A DNA stretch of 64,000 bases from Thermodesulfobacteriota bacterium (GCA_963675595.2 CAXXLZ010000002.1:3360001-3424000); one strand, 5' to 3'. Positions 45,692 through 57,362 are shown, counted from the first letter of the stretch. Notes: a model not told the origin generated them from the letters alone. A program made the numbers and translations.

Positions 45692-46375
45692 ATGAGTAAG
45701 GCAAAGGACATTATCGAGTTCGCGTTGAAAGAGGGAAGAAAGGTGCTTTCCGAGTGGGAAGCCAAACAGGTGCTCGCCGACTACGGAATTCCGGTAACGC
45801 GTGAGTTTCTGGTGAAAGACGAGAAGGAACTTTCAAGCGCCGCGGAAGGAATCGGCTATCCTCTGGTGCTCAAAGGATGTTCTCCCGAAGTGGCCCACAA
45901 GACGGAACAGCAATTGGTTTGGGTGGACGTGCGCAACGAGGGCGAGGCGGTAGACGCCTTTCAAAACATTATGAATAAGATGAATGGAACCGCTTCCGGA
46001 GTGTTGGTACAGGAACTGATCAAAGGGCGCAGGGAATTGGTGGCCGGCTTAACTCGCGACGCTCAATTCGGTCCTTGCGTCATGTTCGGTTTGGGCGGCA
46101 TTTTCACCGAAATCTTGGATGACGTGTCTTTTCGCCTCGCTCCTTTGAATCAGGGAGACGCGCTTGAGATGATGCGGGAAATTCGAGGCCGGAAAATTCT
46201 GGATTCCGTCCGAGGGATGGAAGCGGCGGACCGGGAAGCCCTGGCGCAACTCCTGATCAACTTGGGAAGGATTGGCTTGGAGGAGCCGAGCGTCAATGAG
46301 ATCGATATCAATCCCCTCATCCTGTCCGGTGCGAAGCCGGTGGCTGTGGACGCGTTGATTTCTCTGGCGGACTGA
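45692..46375 (+). CDS. ADP-forming acyl-CoA synthetase, beta (ATP-grasp) subunit
   Basis: LSEWEAK, GYPLVLK, HKTE, FGLGGIFTE and EIDINPL motifs. Confidence 0.9.
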   Translation: MSKAKDIIEFALKEGRKVLSEWEAKQVLADYGIPVTREFLVKDEKELSSAAEGIGYPLVLKGCSPEVAHKTEQQLVWVDVRNEGEAVDAFQNIMNKMNGTASGVLVQELIKGRRELVAGLTRDAQFGPCVMFGLGGIFTEILDDVSFRLAPLNQGDALEMMREIRGRKILDSVRGMEAADREALAQLLINLGRIGLEEPSVNEIDINPLILSGAKPVAVDALISLAD

Positions 46376-46888
46376 AGACCTGTTTTTTCGACATTCGGGT
46401 GATCCACGGCGGCGGGCCACCCGAAACCTTTTTCCGGCCCTGTGACCGGGTGGCGAGCCCATCCGCCGGGCCGGGCCGTTCGTTTGTTACCCTCCACAGA
46501 CCGTGTTGTCCCGGCATGTTTTTTCTCTTAGGTCGCACCGTAGCCCGTGGCGACCGGCCTTTTCCAAAGGGCCGGTGCACCCGCCGTTTCAAAGGATCAC
46601 CGATCCGTTCGCCACAATCGGGCGCTTGCAATTACGGTTGAATTCGGATTTAAGTCGGATGACGGAAGGGGAGGATTTCTCGACGACCTCGGTGATTCCC
46701 CTTTCGGACTCGGCAATTCAGTGAAAGAGACCGGTTGCCGAGGTCCGGCAACGATGGAGACCGTGTTTGGCGTGCGAATCCCGGGAGTGGGCCGTACGCG
46801 GACCGGGTCATGACAACGGGAGGGGAAACGCAATCCGTCTCCGGGGGACGGGTCGCTTCTCTGCCTGACTGATGGAGGCGCCGGCGAA

Positions 46889-48109
46889 ATGAGAGCGGAC
46901 TATCTCTACATCATCATGATGGGCTTGCCCGCCCGAGGCAAATCCACCCTTTCGGGCAAGCTCAAGGAGTGCCTGCGTCGGGACGGCATTCGTGCAAGCA
47001 TTTTCAACAACGGGGAACTTCGTCGCAAGCTGTCCAAGGAAAATACGAGTTATCCGGAATTTTTCGATCCTAAGAACACCGTAGGTGCGGCGTTGAGGGA
47101 ACGTTACTCCCTCATTAATCTGAACCACGCCAAAGCGTTTATCGAACGAAACCGGGGACGGCGCTGCACGGCCATTATCGACGCCGCCAATGTCAGCACG
47201 GCGAGAAGAAAAACCCTGTTGGCGGAACTTCCCGAGGATCGGGTTCTGTTCATTGAATGCATCAACAACGACCAGGACATCCTGGAAGCCAACATCCAGC
47301 ACAAGGTGGGCAATCCCGAATTCGCCAACCTGAGCACGGAGGAGGCGGTCGAGAGCTTTAAGAAGAGAATCGCATATTATGCGGGGATTTATGCTCCTCT
47401 GAAAGAGGAAAGAAATTTCGTCAAAGTGAACACGTTCCACTACCGTTTGCTTGAAGAAAATCTCACGGACACGTTGCCGTTTTTCGATCGAATCAGGGAT
47501 TTTCTCGTGACCCCGTTTATCCGGAATCTATATCTCATTCGTCATGGGGAGACTTACTACAATCTCGAAGACCGTATCGGCGGAGACTCCGAGCTCACAC
47601 CGGCGGGAAGGAATCAGGCGGAACTGCTGGCGGCCCATTTTTCACGCAAGCGGATTCCGTTGATTTTCACTTCCTCCCTGATTCGAACGCTCCAGACGGC
47701 GCTGCCCATCCAAAAAATGCAGAAAGACTGCAAGATCATTGAACTGCTCGAGTTCAACGAGATCGACAGCGGCGTTTGTGAATCCATGACTTATGCCGAG
47801 ATCCGAAAGCGTATGCCGGATGTTCATCGGGCAAGGAAAAGGGATAAGTATCATTATGTGTATCCCAACGGGGAGGGATACGTCACCATGGAGGCGCGGA
47901 TCAAGAGGGGCATCAAAAAAGTGCTCTATCTGAGCCGTCATTCCGAAGATATTATGATCGTGGGACACCGCGCGGTAAACCGAATGATCCTTTCGCATTT
48001 CGTATTTAAGCGACATGAGGATGTGCCTTATATTTACGTGCCGCAGGATAAGTATTATCATATTGTGATTAACCAGAATAAGAAGCTGTTCCAATTAAGG
48101 AAATACTGA
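46889..48109 (+). CDS. Bifunctional 6-phosphofructo-2-kinase/fructose-2,6-bisphosphatase-like protein
   Basis: GLPARGKS, FNNGELRR, FFDP.N, IDAAN...RR kinase domain; RHGE..YN...RIGGD, NEIDSG.CE, YP.GE histidine phosphatase domain. Confidence 0.88.
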   Translation: MRADYLYIIMMGLPARGKSTLSGKLKECLRRDGIRASIFNNGELRRKLSKENTSYPEFFDPKNTVGAALRERYSLINLNHAKAFIERNRGRRCTAIIDAANVSTARRKTLLAELPEDRVLFIECINNDQDILEANIQHKVGNPEFANLSTEEAVESFKKRIAYYAGIYAPLKEERNFVKVNTFHYRLLEENLTDTLPFFDRIRDFLVTPFIRNLYLIRHGETYYNLEDRIGGDSELTPAGRNQAELLAAHFSRKRIPLIFTSSLIRTLQTALPIQKMQKDCKIIELLEFNEIDSGVCESMTYAEIRKRMPDVHRARKRDKYHYVYPNGEGYVTMEARIKRGIKKVLYLSRHSEDIMIVGHRAVNRMILSHFVFKRHEDVPYIYVPQDKYYHIVINQNKKLFQLRKY

Positions 48110-48168
48110 AACCGCTTCGGAAGGCGAAACCGAAGCCGCAAAATGTACGGAAGGGTGAGGCCGACGAC

Positions 48169-48672
48169 ATGGCGACGCAAGCGAGCCGGTATGTGCCCGA
48201 GGATGGAGCCCCTTTGATCATCCGGAAAGCGAAGGTTTCGGATACGAAGGCGATCCACAAACTGCTGGCGGGATTTGCCGGAGAGGGATTGCTTCTTCCC
48301 CGATCTCTGAGTGAACTGTATGATCACGTTCGGGATTTTTTCGTAATCACTTCCGAGGAAGACGACAGGGTGGTGGGGGCGAGTTCAACGCACATCGTTT
48401 GGGAAGACCTTGCCGAAATTCGTTCCCTCGCGGTAGAGAAAGCGCACCACGGGAAAGGGATCGGGGCCCGGCTGGTGGAAGCATGTCTTTCCGACGCCGT
48501 GACCATGGGCATCTATAAAGTCTTCACTTTGACATATGTGCCGGATTTTTTTAGGCATTTCGGATTCGAAGAAGTGGACAAAGCGGTTCTGCCGCATAAG
48601 GTTTGGTCGGATTGCATCAAGTGTGCGAAATTCCCCGAATGCGACGAAATCGCAATGCTGCTGACCCTGTAG
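48169..48672 (+). CDS. argA: Short-form N-acetylglutamate synthase (GNAT)
   Basis: LLPRS...LY, LAEIRSLAV, VFTLTY, LPHKVWSDCIKC.KFPECDE motifs. Confidence 0.82.
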   Translation: MATQASRYVPEDGAPLIIRKAKVSDTKAIHKLLAGFAGEGLLLPRSLSELYDHVRDFFVITSEEDDRVVGASSTHIVWEDLAEIRSLAVEKAHHGKGIGARLVEACLSDAVTMGIYKVFTLTYVPDFFRHFGFEEVDKAVLPHKVWSDCIKCAKFPECDEIAMLLTL

Positions 48673-48801
48673 CGGCGTTGCCGGCCGACTTCTTCAGGAT
48701 TTGTTCGCCTTGACCCATGGTGGTTCCTTTCCAGGATCGGGAATTCTCATTCCGGGACGGCCGGCGCATATCACTTCAGTTCAACGGAGACCAATGAACT
48801 C

Positions 48802-51321
48802 ATGCTGAAATTGATCACCAAGATCGTGGGCAGCAAGAACGAACGCGATCTGAAGAGAATGGCCCCGGTGGTGGACGAAGTCAACCTGCTGGAACCCGTG
48901 ATGAGGGCCAAGAGCGACGTCGAGTTACGTGGTGTGACTGCGGAGTTGAAGCACCGGATTCAGGAAGGGGCCTCAACGGATGAGCTTCTGCCTCAGGCAT
49001 TTGCCGCCGTTCGAGAGGCCGCTGTTCGAACCCTCGGGCAGCGGCCCTTTGATGTGCAGATACTCGGTGGGATGGTGCTTCACCAGGGCAAGATCGCGGA
49101 AATGAAGACCGGGGAGGGAAAAACCCTGGCCGCCACCTTGCCCGTGTACCTGAATGCACTGACGGGAAAAGGCGTCCATGTGGTCACGGTCAACGATTAT
49201 TTGGCCAAGCGCGACTCGACCTGGATGGGCACGATCTATCGTTTCTTGGGGCTGTCCGTGGGGGTTATCGTTCATGGGATGAACGACGAAGAACGAAAGG
49301 CGGCTTACGGCGCGGACATCACCTACGGCACGAACAACGAATTCGGATTCGATTATCTTCGAGATAATATGAAATACCGGCTGGACGATCTCGTTCAACG
49401 CGAATACCACTTCGCCATTGTGGACGAGGTGGACAGCATCCTGATCGATGAAGCTCGGACGCCTTTGATCATTTCGGGTCCGTCGGACGAATCCACGGAA
49501 CTCTACTACAGACTGAACCGGGTCATACCGAGGTTGCATCAGGATACCGACTATACTTCCGAAGAGAAATCACGGACGGTATCTTTTACTGAAGACGGTG
49601 TGGCGCATCTCGAAAACATTCTCAAAATCGATAACCTTTACGATCCCAAATACATCGAGATTCTTCACCACCTGACCCAGGCGTTGAAGGCCCATGTGAT
49701 GTTCAAGAAAGACGTGGATTATATCGTCAAGAACGGTGAAGTCGTCATCGTAGATGAGTTTACGGGCCGTCTCATGCCTGGAAGACGATACAGCGAAGGT
49801 CTGCATCAGGCCCTTGAAGCCAAGGAAGGGGTCAAAATCGAGCGGGAGAACCAGACCTTGGCCTCCATCACGTTTCAGAACTACTTTCGCATGTATGAGA
49901 AGCTGGCGGGCATGACCGGAACCGCGGAAACCGAAGCGGAGGAGTTCAAAAAGATTTATGATCTCGACGTCATCGTTGTTCCGACCAATAAGGAAATGAT
50001 TCGCATCGACCATCCCGATGTGATTTATCGGTCCGAACAGGAGAAGTACGACGCCGTGGTGGAGGAAATCGAGGAGCTTCACGAAGAACAGAGGCCGGTG
50101 CTTGTGGGAACCATTTCCATCGAGAAGTCGGAAAGGGTGAGCAACCTGCTCAAGAAGAGAGGCATCCGGCACTCGGTGCTGAACGCCAAACAGCATGAAA
50201 AGGAAGCGGAAATCGTGTCCATGGCCGGGCAGCCCGGTGCGGTGACCATTTCCACCAATATGGCCGGGCGCGGTACGGACATCGTCCTTGGGTCCGGTGT
50301 GGCCGAGAAAGGGGGGCTGCACATTCTCGGGACGGAACGGCACGAAAGCCGCCGCATCGACAATCAGCTCCGCGGGCGCGCCGGCAGGCAGGGAGACAAT
50401 GGCTCGTCCCGTTTCTTCCTCTCCCTCGAAGACGACTTGATGCGGATTTTTGGTTCGGACCGGATTTCCGGAATCATGGACCGTCTTGGAATGGACGGGG
50501 AGCCCATCGAGCACGGACTCGTCAGCAGGGGCATCGAGGGTGCTCAGAAGCGGGTGGAAGCTCACAACTTCGACATCCGCAAACATCTCCTCGAGTACGA
50601 CGACGTGATGAACAAGCAGCGAGAAGTCGTCTACGCCCAACGGAAGCAGGTTCTTGAAGGAAACCTCCGGGATGATGTTCTGGGAATGATCGCGGAACAA
50701 GCCACGGCTTTGGTGTCGCAATTTACCTTGGAGGATGCCGGCTATCAGGACTGGGAGGTCGATAAACTCTCGGAGGCGCTGTACAATCACTTCGGCATTC
50801 GGTTTCGATGGAACGAAGAATACCTGGACGGGCTTTCCCGGTCGGGGCTTACCGAAGACGTGGTGAAAAACCTCCAGGATGCCTATGAACGCAAGGAGGC
50901 GGAGATCGGGGCCGAGGACATGCGCTACCTCGAATCCATGATCATGCTTTCGACCCTGGACGGCCTGTGGAAAGACCACCTATTGGCCATGGACCACCTC
51001 AAGGAAGGCATCGGTCTCCGAGGCTACGCTCAGCAGGACCCCCTTCGTGTGTATCAAAAGGAGGGGTATGAGATGTTTTTCAACCTTCTGGAGCGCATCA
51101 AAGAAGGCACGGTCAGACATCTCTTCCACGTGCGGGTGGAACGAAGCACCGCCGACTCTCCCCCCGCCGAAATGTATCAGCCCAAAGAGCAGGAGATGGT
51201 GCTGAGTCACAGCGGAGGAGGTGATGCCGCTCCTGTGGAGAGAAAATCGGAAAAAGTCGGCCGGAATGCCCCATGTCCCTGCGGAAGCGGGAAGAAATAT
51301 AAAAAATGTTGCGGGAGATAG
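48802..51321 (+). CDS. secA: Preprotein translocase ATPase SecA
   Basis: [31 protein letters not shown] and SEC-C motifs. Confidence 0.98.
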   Translation: MLKLITKIVGSKNERDLKRMAPVVDEVNLLEPVMRAKSDVELRGVTAELKHRIQEGASTDELLPQAFAAVREAAVRTLGQRPFDVQILGGMVLHQGKIAEMKTGEGKTLAATLPVYLNALTGKGVHVVTVNDYLAKRDSTWMGTIYRFLGLSVGVIVHGMNDEERKAAYGADITYGTNNEFGFDYLRDNMKYRLDDLVQREYHFAIVDEVDSILIDEARTPLIISGPSDESTELYYRLNRVIPRLHQDTDYTSEEKSRTVSFTEDGVAHLENILKIDNLYDPKYIEILHHLTQALKAHVMFKKDVDYIVKNGEVVIVDEFTGRLMPGRRYSEGLHQALEAKEGVKIERENQTLASITFQNYFRMYEKLAGMTGTAETEAEEFKKIYDLDVIVVPTNKEMIRIDHPDVIYRSEQEKYDAVVEEIEELHEEQRPVLVGTISIEKSERVSNLLKKRGIRHSVLNAKQHEKEAEIVSMAGQPGAVTISTNMAGRGTDIVLGSGVAEKGGLHILGTERHESRRIDNQLRGRAGRQGDNGSSRFFLSLEDDLMRIFGSDRISGIMDRLGMDGEPIEHGLVSRGIEGAQKRVEAHNFDIRKHLLEYDDVMNKQREVVYAQRKQVLEGNLRDDVLGMIAEQATALVSQFTLEDAGYQDWEVDKLSEALYNHFGIRFRWNEEYLDGLSRSGLTEDVVKNLQDAYERKEAEIGAEDMRYLESMIMLSTLDGLWKDHLLAMDHLKEGIGLRGYAQQDPLRVYQKEGYEMFFNLLERIKEGTVRHLFHVRVERSTADSPPAEMYQPKEQEMVLSHSGGGDAAPVERKSEKVGRNAPCPCGSGKKYKKCCGR

Positions 51322-51325
51322 CCTA

Positions 51326-52507
51326 ATGAACGTGAAAGGGTTCAGATTCGCCGCGATTCCGAGCCGGCAGAAAAAGTGGGACCGGGATGACCTTGCGCTG
51401 ATATTCTCGGAAAGAGAGGCCGTGGTGGCCGGTCTGTTCACCAAGAACCGGTTCAAAGCCGCGCCTGTCGAGCTTTCCGAAGAGCGCGTGAAAACGGGAA
51501 AGGCCCGGGCCGTGCTGGTGAACGCCGGAGTGGCCAATGCCTGCACGGGTCCGGAAGGATTGGAGGACGCTCGAAAGGCCACGGAGGCGGCGGCTTCCGC
51601 CCTCGGAATCCCGGCCGACGAGGTGCTCACGGCCTCGACGGGGGTCATTGGGGCTCGGCTCAACATGGACGGCCTGCTGGGGGCGCTTCCCCAACTGGTG
51701 AGCAGTCTCGATCCCGGGAGCTTTTCCAAGGTGGCACGCGCCATTATGACCACGGACACGGTGTCCAAATCATCCCACGCGAAAGGCGAAATTCAGGGGA
51801 TTCCGTACTCCATCGCGGGTGTTGCCAAGGGGGCCGGCATGATCCGTCCCGATATGGCGACCATGCTTTGTTTCGTGCTTACGGACTTGAATCTTTCTCG
51901 GGGTCTTCTGGAAAAGATCGCCAAGCCGGCGGCTGATCGTTCTTTTCATAGAATCAACGTGGATGGGGACACCTCCACCAACGATACCGTGTTGTTTCTA
52001 GCCAATGGAGCCGGCGGCGGCCCTTTGCTGCAAGAGGATTCAGACTGCGTGGACGAAGTGGCGGAGGCGTTTACCGGCGTTTGCCTGGATCTGGCTAAAC
52101 AGATCGTTATGGACGCTGAAGGGGCCACGAAATTCATTGATATTCGCATCCTTGGGGCGGCCGACGAATCGGATGCCGCCCGGGCGGCTCACCTGATCTC
52201 CGAGTCCAAACTGGTGAAGACGGCCTTTTTTGGCGAGGATGCCAACTGGGGAAGGATTCTCGCGGCCTTGGGGCGTTCCGGAGCCTCCTTTTCTCCGGAA
52301 CGGGTCGATCTTTATTTCGGGGAGACCTGCCTGGTGAAGAACGGCCGGTACATGGGTAAAGAAGCCGAAGCCCAGGCGTCCGAGGCGCTGAAGCATCGGA
52401 ATATCGTCGTCAAATTGGACTTGAAACAAGGCTCCGCAGAGTACAATGTGTACACTTCGGATCTGTCTTTGGACTACGTCAAGATCAACGCCGATTATCG
52501 AAGCTGA
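51326..52507 (+). CDS. argJ: Bifunctional ornithine acetyltransferase/NAGS
   Basis: ANACTG, STGVIG, MTTDT, KGAGMI.PDMATML, DGDTSTND and INADYRS motifs. Confidence 0.95.
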   Translation: MNVKGFRFAAIPSRQKKWDRDDLALIFSEREAVVAGLFTKNRFKAAPVELSEERVKTGKARAVLVNAGVANACTGPEGLEDARKATEAAASALGIPADEVLTASTGVIGARLNMDGLLGALPQLVSSLDPGSFSKVARAIMTTDTVSKSSHAKGEIQGIPYSIAGVAKGAGMIRPDMATMLCFVLTDLNLSRGLLEKIAKPAADRSFHRINVDGDTSTNDTVLFLANGAGGGPLLQEDSDCVDEVAEAFTGVCLDLAKQIVMDAEGATKFIDIRILGAADESDAARAAHLISESKLVKTAFFGEDANWGRILAALGRSGASFSPERVDLYFGETCLVKNGRYMGKEAEAQASEALKHRNIVVKLDLKQGSAEYNVYTSDLSLDYVKINADYRS

Positions 52508-52590
52508 GTCTCCGGAAAAGTTCCCTCGGGTCCTGACCGTAACGGGGGAGCGGGGAGGAAGGCTGCTCAAAGGTCTAACGGGATCGGATC

Positions 52591-53316
52591 ATGCGCCTGG
52601 TCAAGAGTATGCTCATTGTGATTCTTGCAATTCCCTTCACGGCGTTGCTGATCGCCGACATCCTGGCCGTTTGCAGCGTCGGCCCCAACGAAATGTTCGG
52701 CTACCGAGTGGGTCGGCTATGGGCTCGTGGAATTCTATTTCTGTGCGGGTTGAAGGTTCGTCTTTCCGGAGAGGAACTCCTCCGCCGCGATAAAACCTAT
52801 GTCTTCGTGGCCAACCATTCGAGTATGTTGGACATCGTCATTCTTTTCGGGTACCTGCCGGTGCCTTTCCGATGGCTGGCCAAGCGGGAGCTTTTCAATA
52901 TCCCTTGGTTCGGCGCGGGCCTGAAAAACATCGGCACGATTCCGGTGGAACGGAAAGATCCCCGGGTGGCGGCGAAGAGTCTCAGGAGCGCCGCAAGGCG
53001 GATTCGGGAGGGAGTGTCCGTGGTGATTTTCCCCGAGGGTACCCGAAGCCGTTCGGGGCTGGTTCAGGATTTCAAACCCGGGGCCTTTCATTTGGCCGTC
53101 CAGTCCGGTCAACCGGTGGTTCCCCTGGCCGTGGTGGGTGCACACAAAGCCCTTCCGGCCGGGTCTCTCGAGGTGCGGAAGTCGGACATACGTCTGATCA
53201 TCACTCCGCCCATTCCAACCTCGGGCACCCACCGAAACAAGAGCGTCCTCGCCCGTGAGGCCCATCAACGGATTGAGGCTCTTCAGGAAACCCATGAGTT
53301 CGGGAAGCGCACCTGA
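52591..53316 (+). CDS. plsC: 1-acyl-sn-glycerol-3-phosphate acyltransferase
   Basis: NHSSMLD and FPEGTRS motifs. Confidence 0.88.
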   Translation: MRLVKSMLIVILAIPFTALLIADILAVCSVGPNEMFGYRVGRLWARGILFLCGLKVRLSGEELLRRDKTYVFVANHSSMLDIVILFGYLPVPFRWLAKRELFNIPWFGAGLKNIGTIPVERKDPRVAAKSLRSAARRIREGVSVVIFPEGTRSRSGLVQDFKPGAFHLAVQSGQPVVPLAVVGAHKALPAGSLEVRKSDIRLIITPPIPTSGTHRNKSVLAREAHQRIEALQETHEFGKRT

Positions 53317-54970
53317 GACCACGATAAGCATCATCCCTCTGGGGGGGCTCGGCGAAATCGGTCTCAACATGATGGTCATCGAAACGGAAACGGCCTCCTT
53401 GATCGTGGACGCGGGCCTCATGTTTCCCGAAGACCACATGCTGGGGGTGGATACCGTCATCCCGGACATGTCCTATCTGGAAAAACGCAGGGATCAACTC
53501 CTGGGTGTCGTCATCACTCACGGACACGAGGACCACATCGGCGCGTTGCCGTATTTGCTCAGGAGCTTTCGGCTGCCCGTGTACGCAACCCGGTTCTCGC
53601 TCGAGCTCATTCGGGAAAAGCTTAGAGAACACAAGGACTTGACGGGTATCGACTTTCGTCTGATGGAACCTGGAGCGATCTTCACCTTGGGGCCTTTTGA
53701 AATCGATCCCATCCCCGTGCCCCATTCCATCCCCGACGGCATGGGTTTGGCCATTCAAACCCCTGTGGGGAGGGTCGTGCACTCCGGGGATTTCAAGATG
53801 GACGAATACGACGCGTTGGGGATTGAATCCGACTGGGACCGATTCGCCGATTACGGGGATCGGGGAGTGTTGGTGTTGCTTTCCGATTCCACCAACGTAG
53901 AACGGCGTGGCCACACGGTTTCCGAGGGAAAAGTGACGGACACGTTCCGAGAAATTTTTTCTCGATGCCCCGGAAGGATCATCTTGGCCGTGTTCGCCTC
54001 CAACCTGATCCGTATCAGGCAGGCCGTCGAGCTGTCGTTGAGCATGGGGCGCAAGGTGGCATTCGCGGGTAAGAGCATGCTTTCCAATGTGGCCATCGCC
54101 AAGGATTTGGGATACCTGGAAATTCCCTCCGATATGGAGATTTCCTGCTCGGACGCCTCCCGGGTTCAGGACAAGGAGGTCACGCTGATCACCACGGGGA
54201 GCCAGGGTGAGCCCATGTCCGCTCTTTCCCTGATGGCATTGAAGAAACATCGACGGCTTTCGATTCGGCCCACGGACACCGTGATTCTCTCTTCGCGCTT
54301 CATTCCGGGACACGAAAAAGCCATCACGGAGATCATCAACCTGATTTACCGACAGGGCGCCGAGGTCATCTATGAGGACGTATCCGAAATTCACGCTTCG
54401 GGCCACGCCTATCGAGACGAGCAGCGAGACCTGATCCGCATGACCCGCCCTCAATACTTCGTGCCCATCCACGGCGAATACCGGCACTTGGTGAAGCACG
54501 CGCGGTTGGCCCGGGAGTGCGGACTTCCGGAGCCGAATGTAATCCTTGCGGAAAACGGGGACCGGATCCGGTTCGACGGAGTGAGAGGCTTTATCTCCGA
54601 GCCCGTTGATACGGGAAGGGTCTTTGTGGACGGCAAGGGGGTCGGAGACGTGGGTCATCCGGTTTTGAGGGATCGCAGGCACTTATCCACGGAAGGCATG
54701 GTCATGGTGGTCGCCGCGGTGGACCAGAAGACCGGCGGCCTGCTGTCCGACCCGGAGGTGGCCACCCGAGGGCTCATACTCGAGGAACACGAAGAAGACT
54801 TCCTGGAAAACGCGCGACGCATTGTCAGGGAAGTGGTCGAGGAATATCAACGGAATCACGTGGTGGACTGGACGGAGTTCAAGCAGGATGTGTCACGCGG
54901 CATCCGGAGGTATGCCAACCGGATGCTCGATCGCAGGCCCTTGGTGCTGTGCGCGGTAACGGTCATGTGA
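53294..54970 (+). CDS. rnj: Ribonuclease J
   Basis: LGGLGEIG.NM, THGHEDHIG, HSIPD, GSQGEP, HASGH and PIHGEYRH motifs. Confidence 0.95.
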   Translation: MSSGSAPETTISIIPLGGLGEIGLNMMVIETETASLIVDAGLMFPEDHMLGVDTVIPDMSYLEKRRDQLLGVVITHGHEDHIGALPYLLRSFRLPVYATRFSLELIREKLREHKDLTGIDFRLMEPGAIFTLGPFEIDPIPVPHSIPDGMGLAIQTPVGRVVHSGDFKMDEYDALGIESDWDRFADYGDRGVLVLLSDSTNVERRGHTVSEGKVTDTFREIFSRCPGRIILAVFASNLIRIRQAVELSLSMGRKVAFAGKSMLSNVAIAKDLGYLEIPSDMEISCSDASRVQDKEVTLITTGSQGEPMSALSLMALKKHRRLSIRPTDTVILSSRFIPGHEKAITEIINLIYRQGAEVIYEDVSEIHASGHAYRDEQRDLIRMTRPQYFVPIHGEYRHLVKHARLARECGLPEPNVILAENGDRIRFDGVRGFISEPVDTGRVFVDGKGVGDVGHPVLRDRRHLSTEGMVMVVAAVDQKTGGLLSDPEVATRGLILEEHEEDFLENARRIVREVVEEYQRNHVVDWTEFKQDVSRGIRRYANRMLDRRPLVLCAVTVM

Positions 54971-55011
54971 TCCCTCGGGACGACCGCATGACCGAGCGAT
55001 AGGAAACACCC

Positions 55012-57171
55012 ATGACGGAACAGGCAAATACCAGAAACCTTCGGAAGGAGATACTGGGACTCCTGTTTCTTGCCGTGGCCATATTCGCGGCGCTGAGTCT
55101 GGTTTCTTTCTCCCCCGACGACCCCTCTTTCAATAACCCGGATCCTTTTGGCAATACGCGGAATCTTCTCGGCAGCGCGGGCAGCCATCTGGCGGGCTTT
55201 CTATTTTCCTTGATCGGTTTGTCGGCCTTCTGGGTGCCGGTGTTCCTCATCGTGGTTTCCCTACGATCCTTTGCAGGCCTATCCCTGCCTTCGAGCACGA
55301 GTTGTCTGGGCATGTTGTTGCTCGCCTTGACTTGTTCCGGGCTCCTGGCCATGGGACCCAAGGAGATGGGATTCGCCGGAGTTTCTTTCCCCACAGGCAG
55401 TATCGTGGGAACGGTGCTGAGCCGCGGCATGGCTTCCCAACTCGGGGAAGTGGGAACCTATCTGGTTCTCATCACCCTTGCCTTGGTGGGGGTGCTCTTG
55501 AGCACCCGGATTTCTCTGGTGGACCTTTCGGTCCGATTTCTGGCCTTCCTGTCTTGGATGCGAAATCTGATCACGACTTTTGCCGTCAAACATCGGGAAC
55601 GAGTCAAGAAAAAGAAGCAGCTGAAGGAACAGGCGGAGCAGCTTCCCAAGCGGAAACCCCGGGTTCGGGAAGTGGAACCGGAGCCTGTGGTTCAGGAAGA
55701 AGAGGCCGCACCCAAACAGAAAGCGTTCGATTTTATGGCCAAAGCGGGCTCGGCGCGTATTCCCTCCATCGACCTACTCGAAGACCCGCCGACCAGGGAA
55801 ACGCGAGTGCATCGCGAGAGCCTGGAAATGAACTCAAAGATACTCGAAAAGAAGCTGCTCGACTTCGGAGTGCAGGGGCACGTGTCCGAGGTGGTTCCGG
55901 GTCCGGTGATCACGATGTATGAATTCGAACCCGCCCCCGGTGTCAAGATCAGCAAGGTTTCCGGCTTGTCCAACGATCTGGCCATGGCGTTGAGAGCGTC
56001 GTCCATACGTATCGTCGCACCCATTCCGGGCAAGGCGGCCATCGGCATTGAGATTCCCAATACCAAGAGAGAAATGGTCTGTCTCAAAGAAATCCTCAAA
56101 TCCGAAGCCTTTGCCGACGCGTCGGCCAAAGGGCTGTCCATCGCACTGGGCAAGGACATTGTGGGATTTTCCATGGTGGCGGATCTGACCCGGATGCCGC
56201 ACCTTCTTATTGCGGGGGCCACGGGCACGGGAAAAAGCGTTTTTCTGAACGCCACCATTCTCTCCCTGCTTTATCAGTATCCGCCGGACAGGCTTCGTTT
56301 TCTCATGGTGGACCCCAAGCGCATCGAGCTGTCGGCGTACAAAGATATTCCCCATTTGCTCCATCCCGTGGTCACGGATGCCAAGAAAGCCACGTTGGCC
56401 CTTAAATGGGCGGTCCGGGAAATGGAGCGACGGTACCGGTTGCTTTCCGAATTGAACACTCGCAACCTCGAAGGCTACAACAGGAAGCTGGCCAAAGAAG
56501 GCCCGCCCAAGGAAACCGAGGAAGAACACGCTCCGTTGCCTTTCGCCGTCATTGTGATCGACGAGCTTGCGGATCTCATGATGGTGGCCTCGAAAGATGT
56601 TGAAGAGTCCATCACAAGGCTGGCTCAGATGGCCCGTGCCGCCGGTATTCACTTGATTTTGGCCACTCAGCGGCCTTCCGTGGACGTACTGACGGGCGTC
56701 ATCAAAGCCAATTTTCCCGCGCGCATCTCGTTTCAAGTATCCTCCCGTACCGACTCGAGAACCATTCTCGACGCCAACGGGGCGGAAGACCTTCTGGGCG
56801 CCGGAGACCTGCTTTACATGGCCCCGGGTTCCTCGAAGCTCCAAAGGGTTCACGGAGCCTACGTTTCCGAGGCCGAAGTGGGGCGAGTGACCGATTTTCT
56901 CAGGGGCCTGTCGGAACCGGAATACGTGGCCGATATTCAGCAGGTCACGGAAGGCTCGGACGAGGAGGAGAGTGAGGAAGCGGAAGACGACCGGTATGAG
57001 GATGCGATCCGCATCGTGTTGGAGACGCGTCAGGCGTCCATTTCCATGTTGCAGCGCAGATTGCGGGTGGGGTACAATCGAGCGGCGCGCATGATCGAAT
57101 TAATGGAGAAACAGGGTATTGTGGGGCCGTCGGACGGGGTCAAACCTAGACAGGTCATCGGCATGCCTTGA
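55012..57171 (+). CDS. ftsK: DNA translocase FtsK
   Basis: N-terminal TMs; GATGTGKS, IDELADLM, ATQRPS and the gamma domain (GYNRAAR). Confidence 0.96.
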   Translation: MTEQANTRNLRKEILGLLFLAVAIFAALSLVSFSPDDPSFNNPDPFGNTRNLLGSAGSHLAGFLFSLIGLSAFWVPVFLIVVSLRSFAGLSLPSSTSCLGMLLLALTCSGLLAMGPKEMGFAGVSFPTGSIVGTVLSRGMASQLGEVGTYLVLITLALVGVLLSTRISLVDLSVRFLAFLSWMRNLITTFAVKHRERVKKKKQLKEQAEQLPKRKPRVREVEPEPVVQEEEAAPKQKAFDFMAKAGSARIPSIDLLEDPPTRETRVHRESLEMNSKILEKKLLDFGVQGHVSEVVPGPVITMYEFEPAPGVKISKVSGLSNDLAMALRASSIRIVAPIPGKAAIGIEIPNTKREMVCLKEILKSEAFADASAKGLSIALGKDIVGFSMVADLTRMPHLLIAGATGTGKSVFLNATILSLLYQYPPDRLRFLMVDPKRIELSAYKDIPHLLHPVVTDAKKATLALKWAVREMERRYRLLSELNTRNLEGYNRKLAKEGPPKETEEEHAPLPFAVIVIDELADLMMVASKDVEESITRLAQMARAAGIHLILATQRPSVDVLTGVIKANFPARISFQVSSRTDSRTILDANGAEDLLGAGDLLYMAPGSSKLQRVHGAYVSEAEVGRVTDFLRGLSEPEYVADIQQVTEGSDEEESEEAEDDRYEDAIRIVLETRQASISMLQRRLRVGYNRAARMIELMEKQGIVGPSDGVKPRQVIGMP

Positions 57172-57362
57172 TAGTGCGGGCGCATCCGTCATTTTCGGCG
57201 TCGGTTTCATGCCTGCCGGGTTGTGGACGGGGCGGGCGTTCCCTGAATAGCGGATGTAGGACACCCCGGGAGCAGGCCGTACACATGAGGCACCGCGGAT
57301 TGTATTTTCGGTGGGCTCATTGCGGGTTAAACTTTTTTGCGCAATCTCGGTTCGGATAGGTC

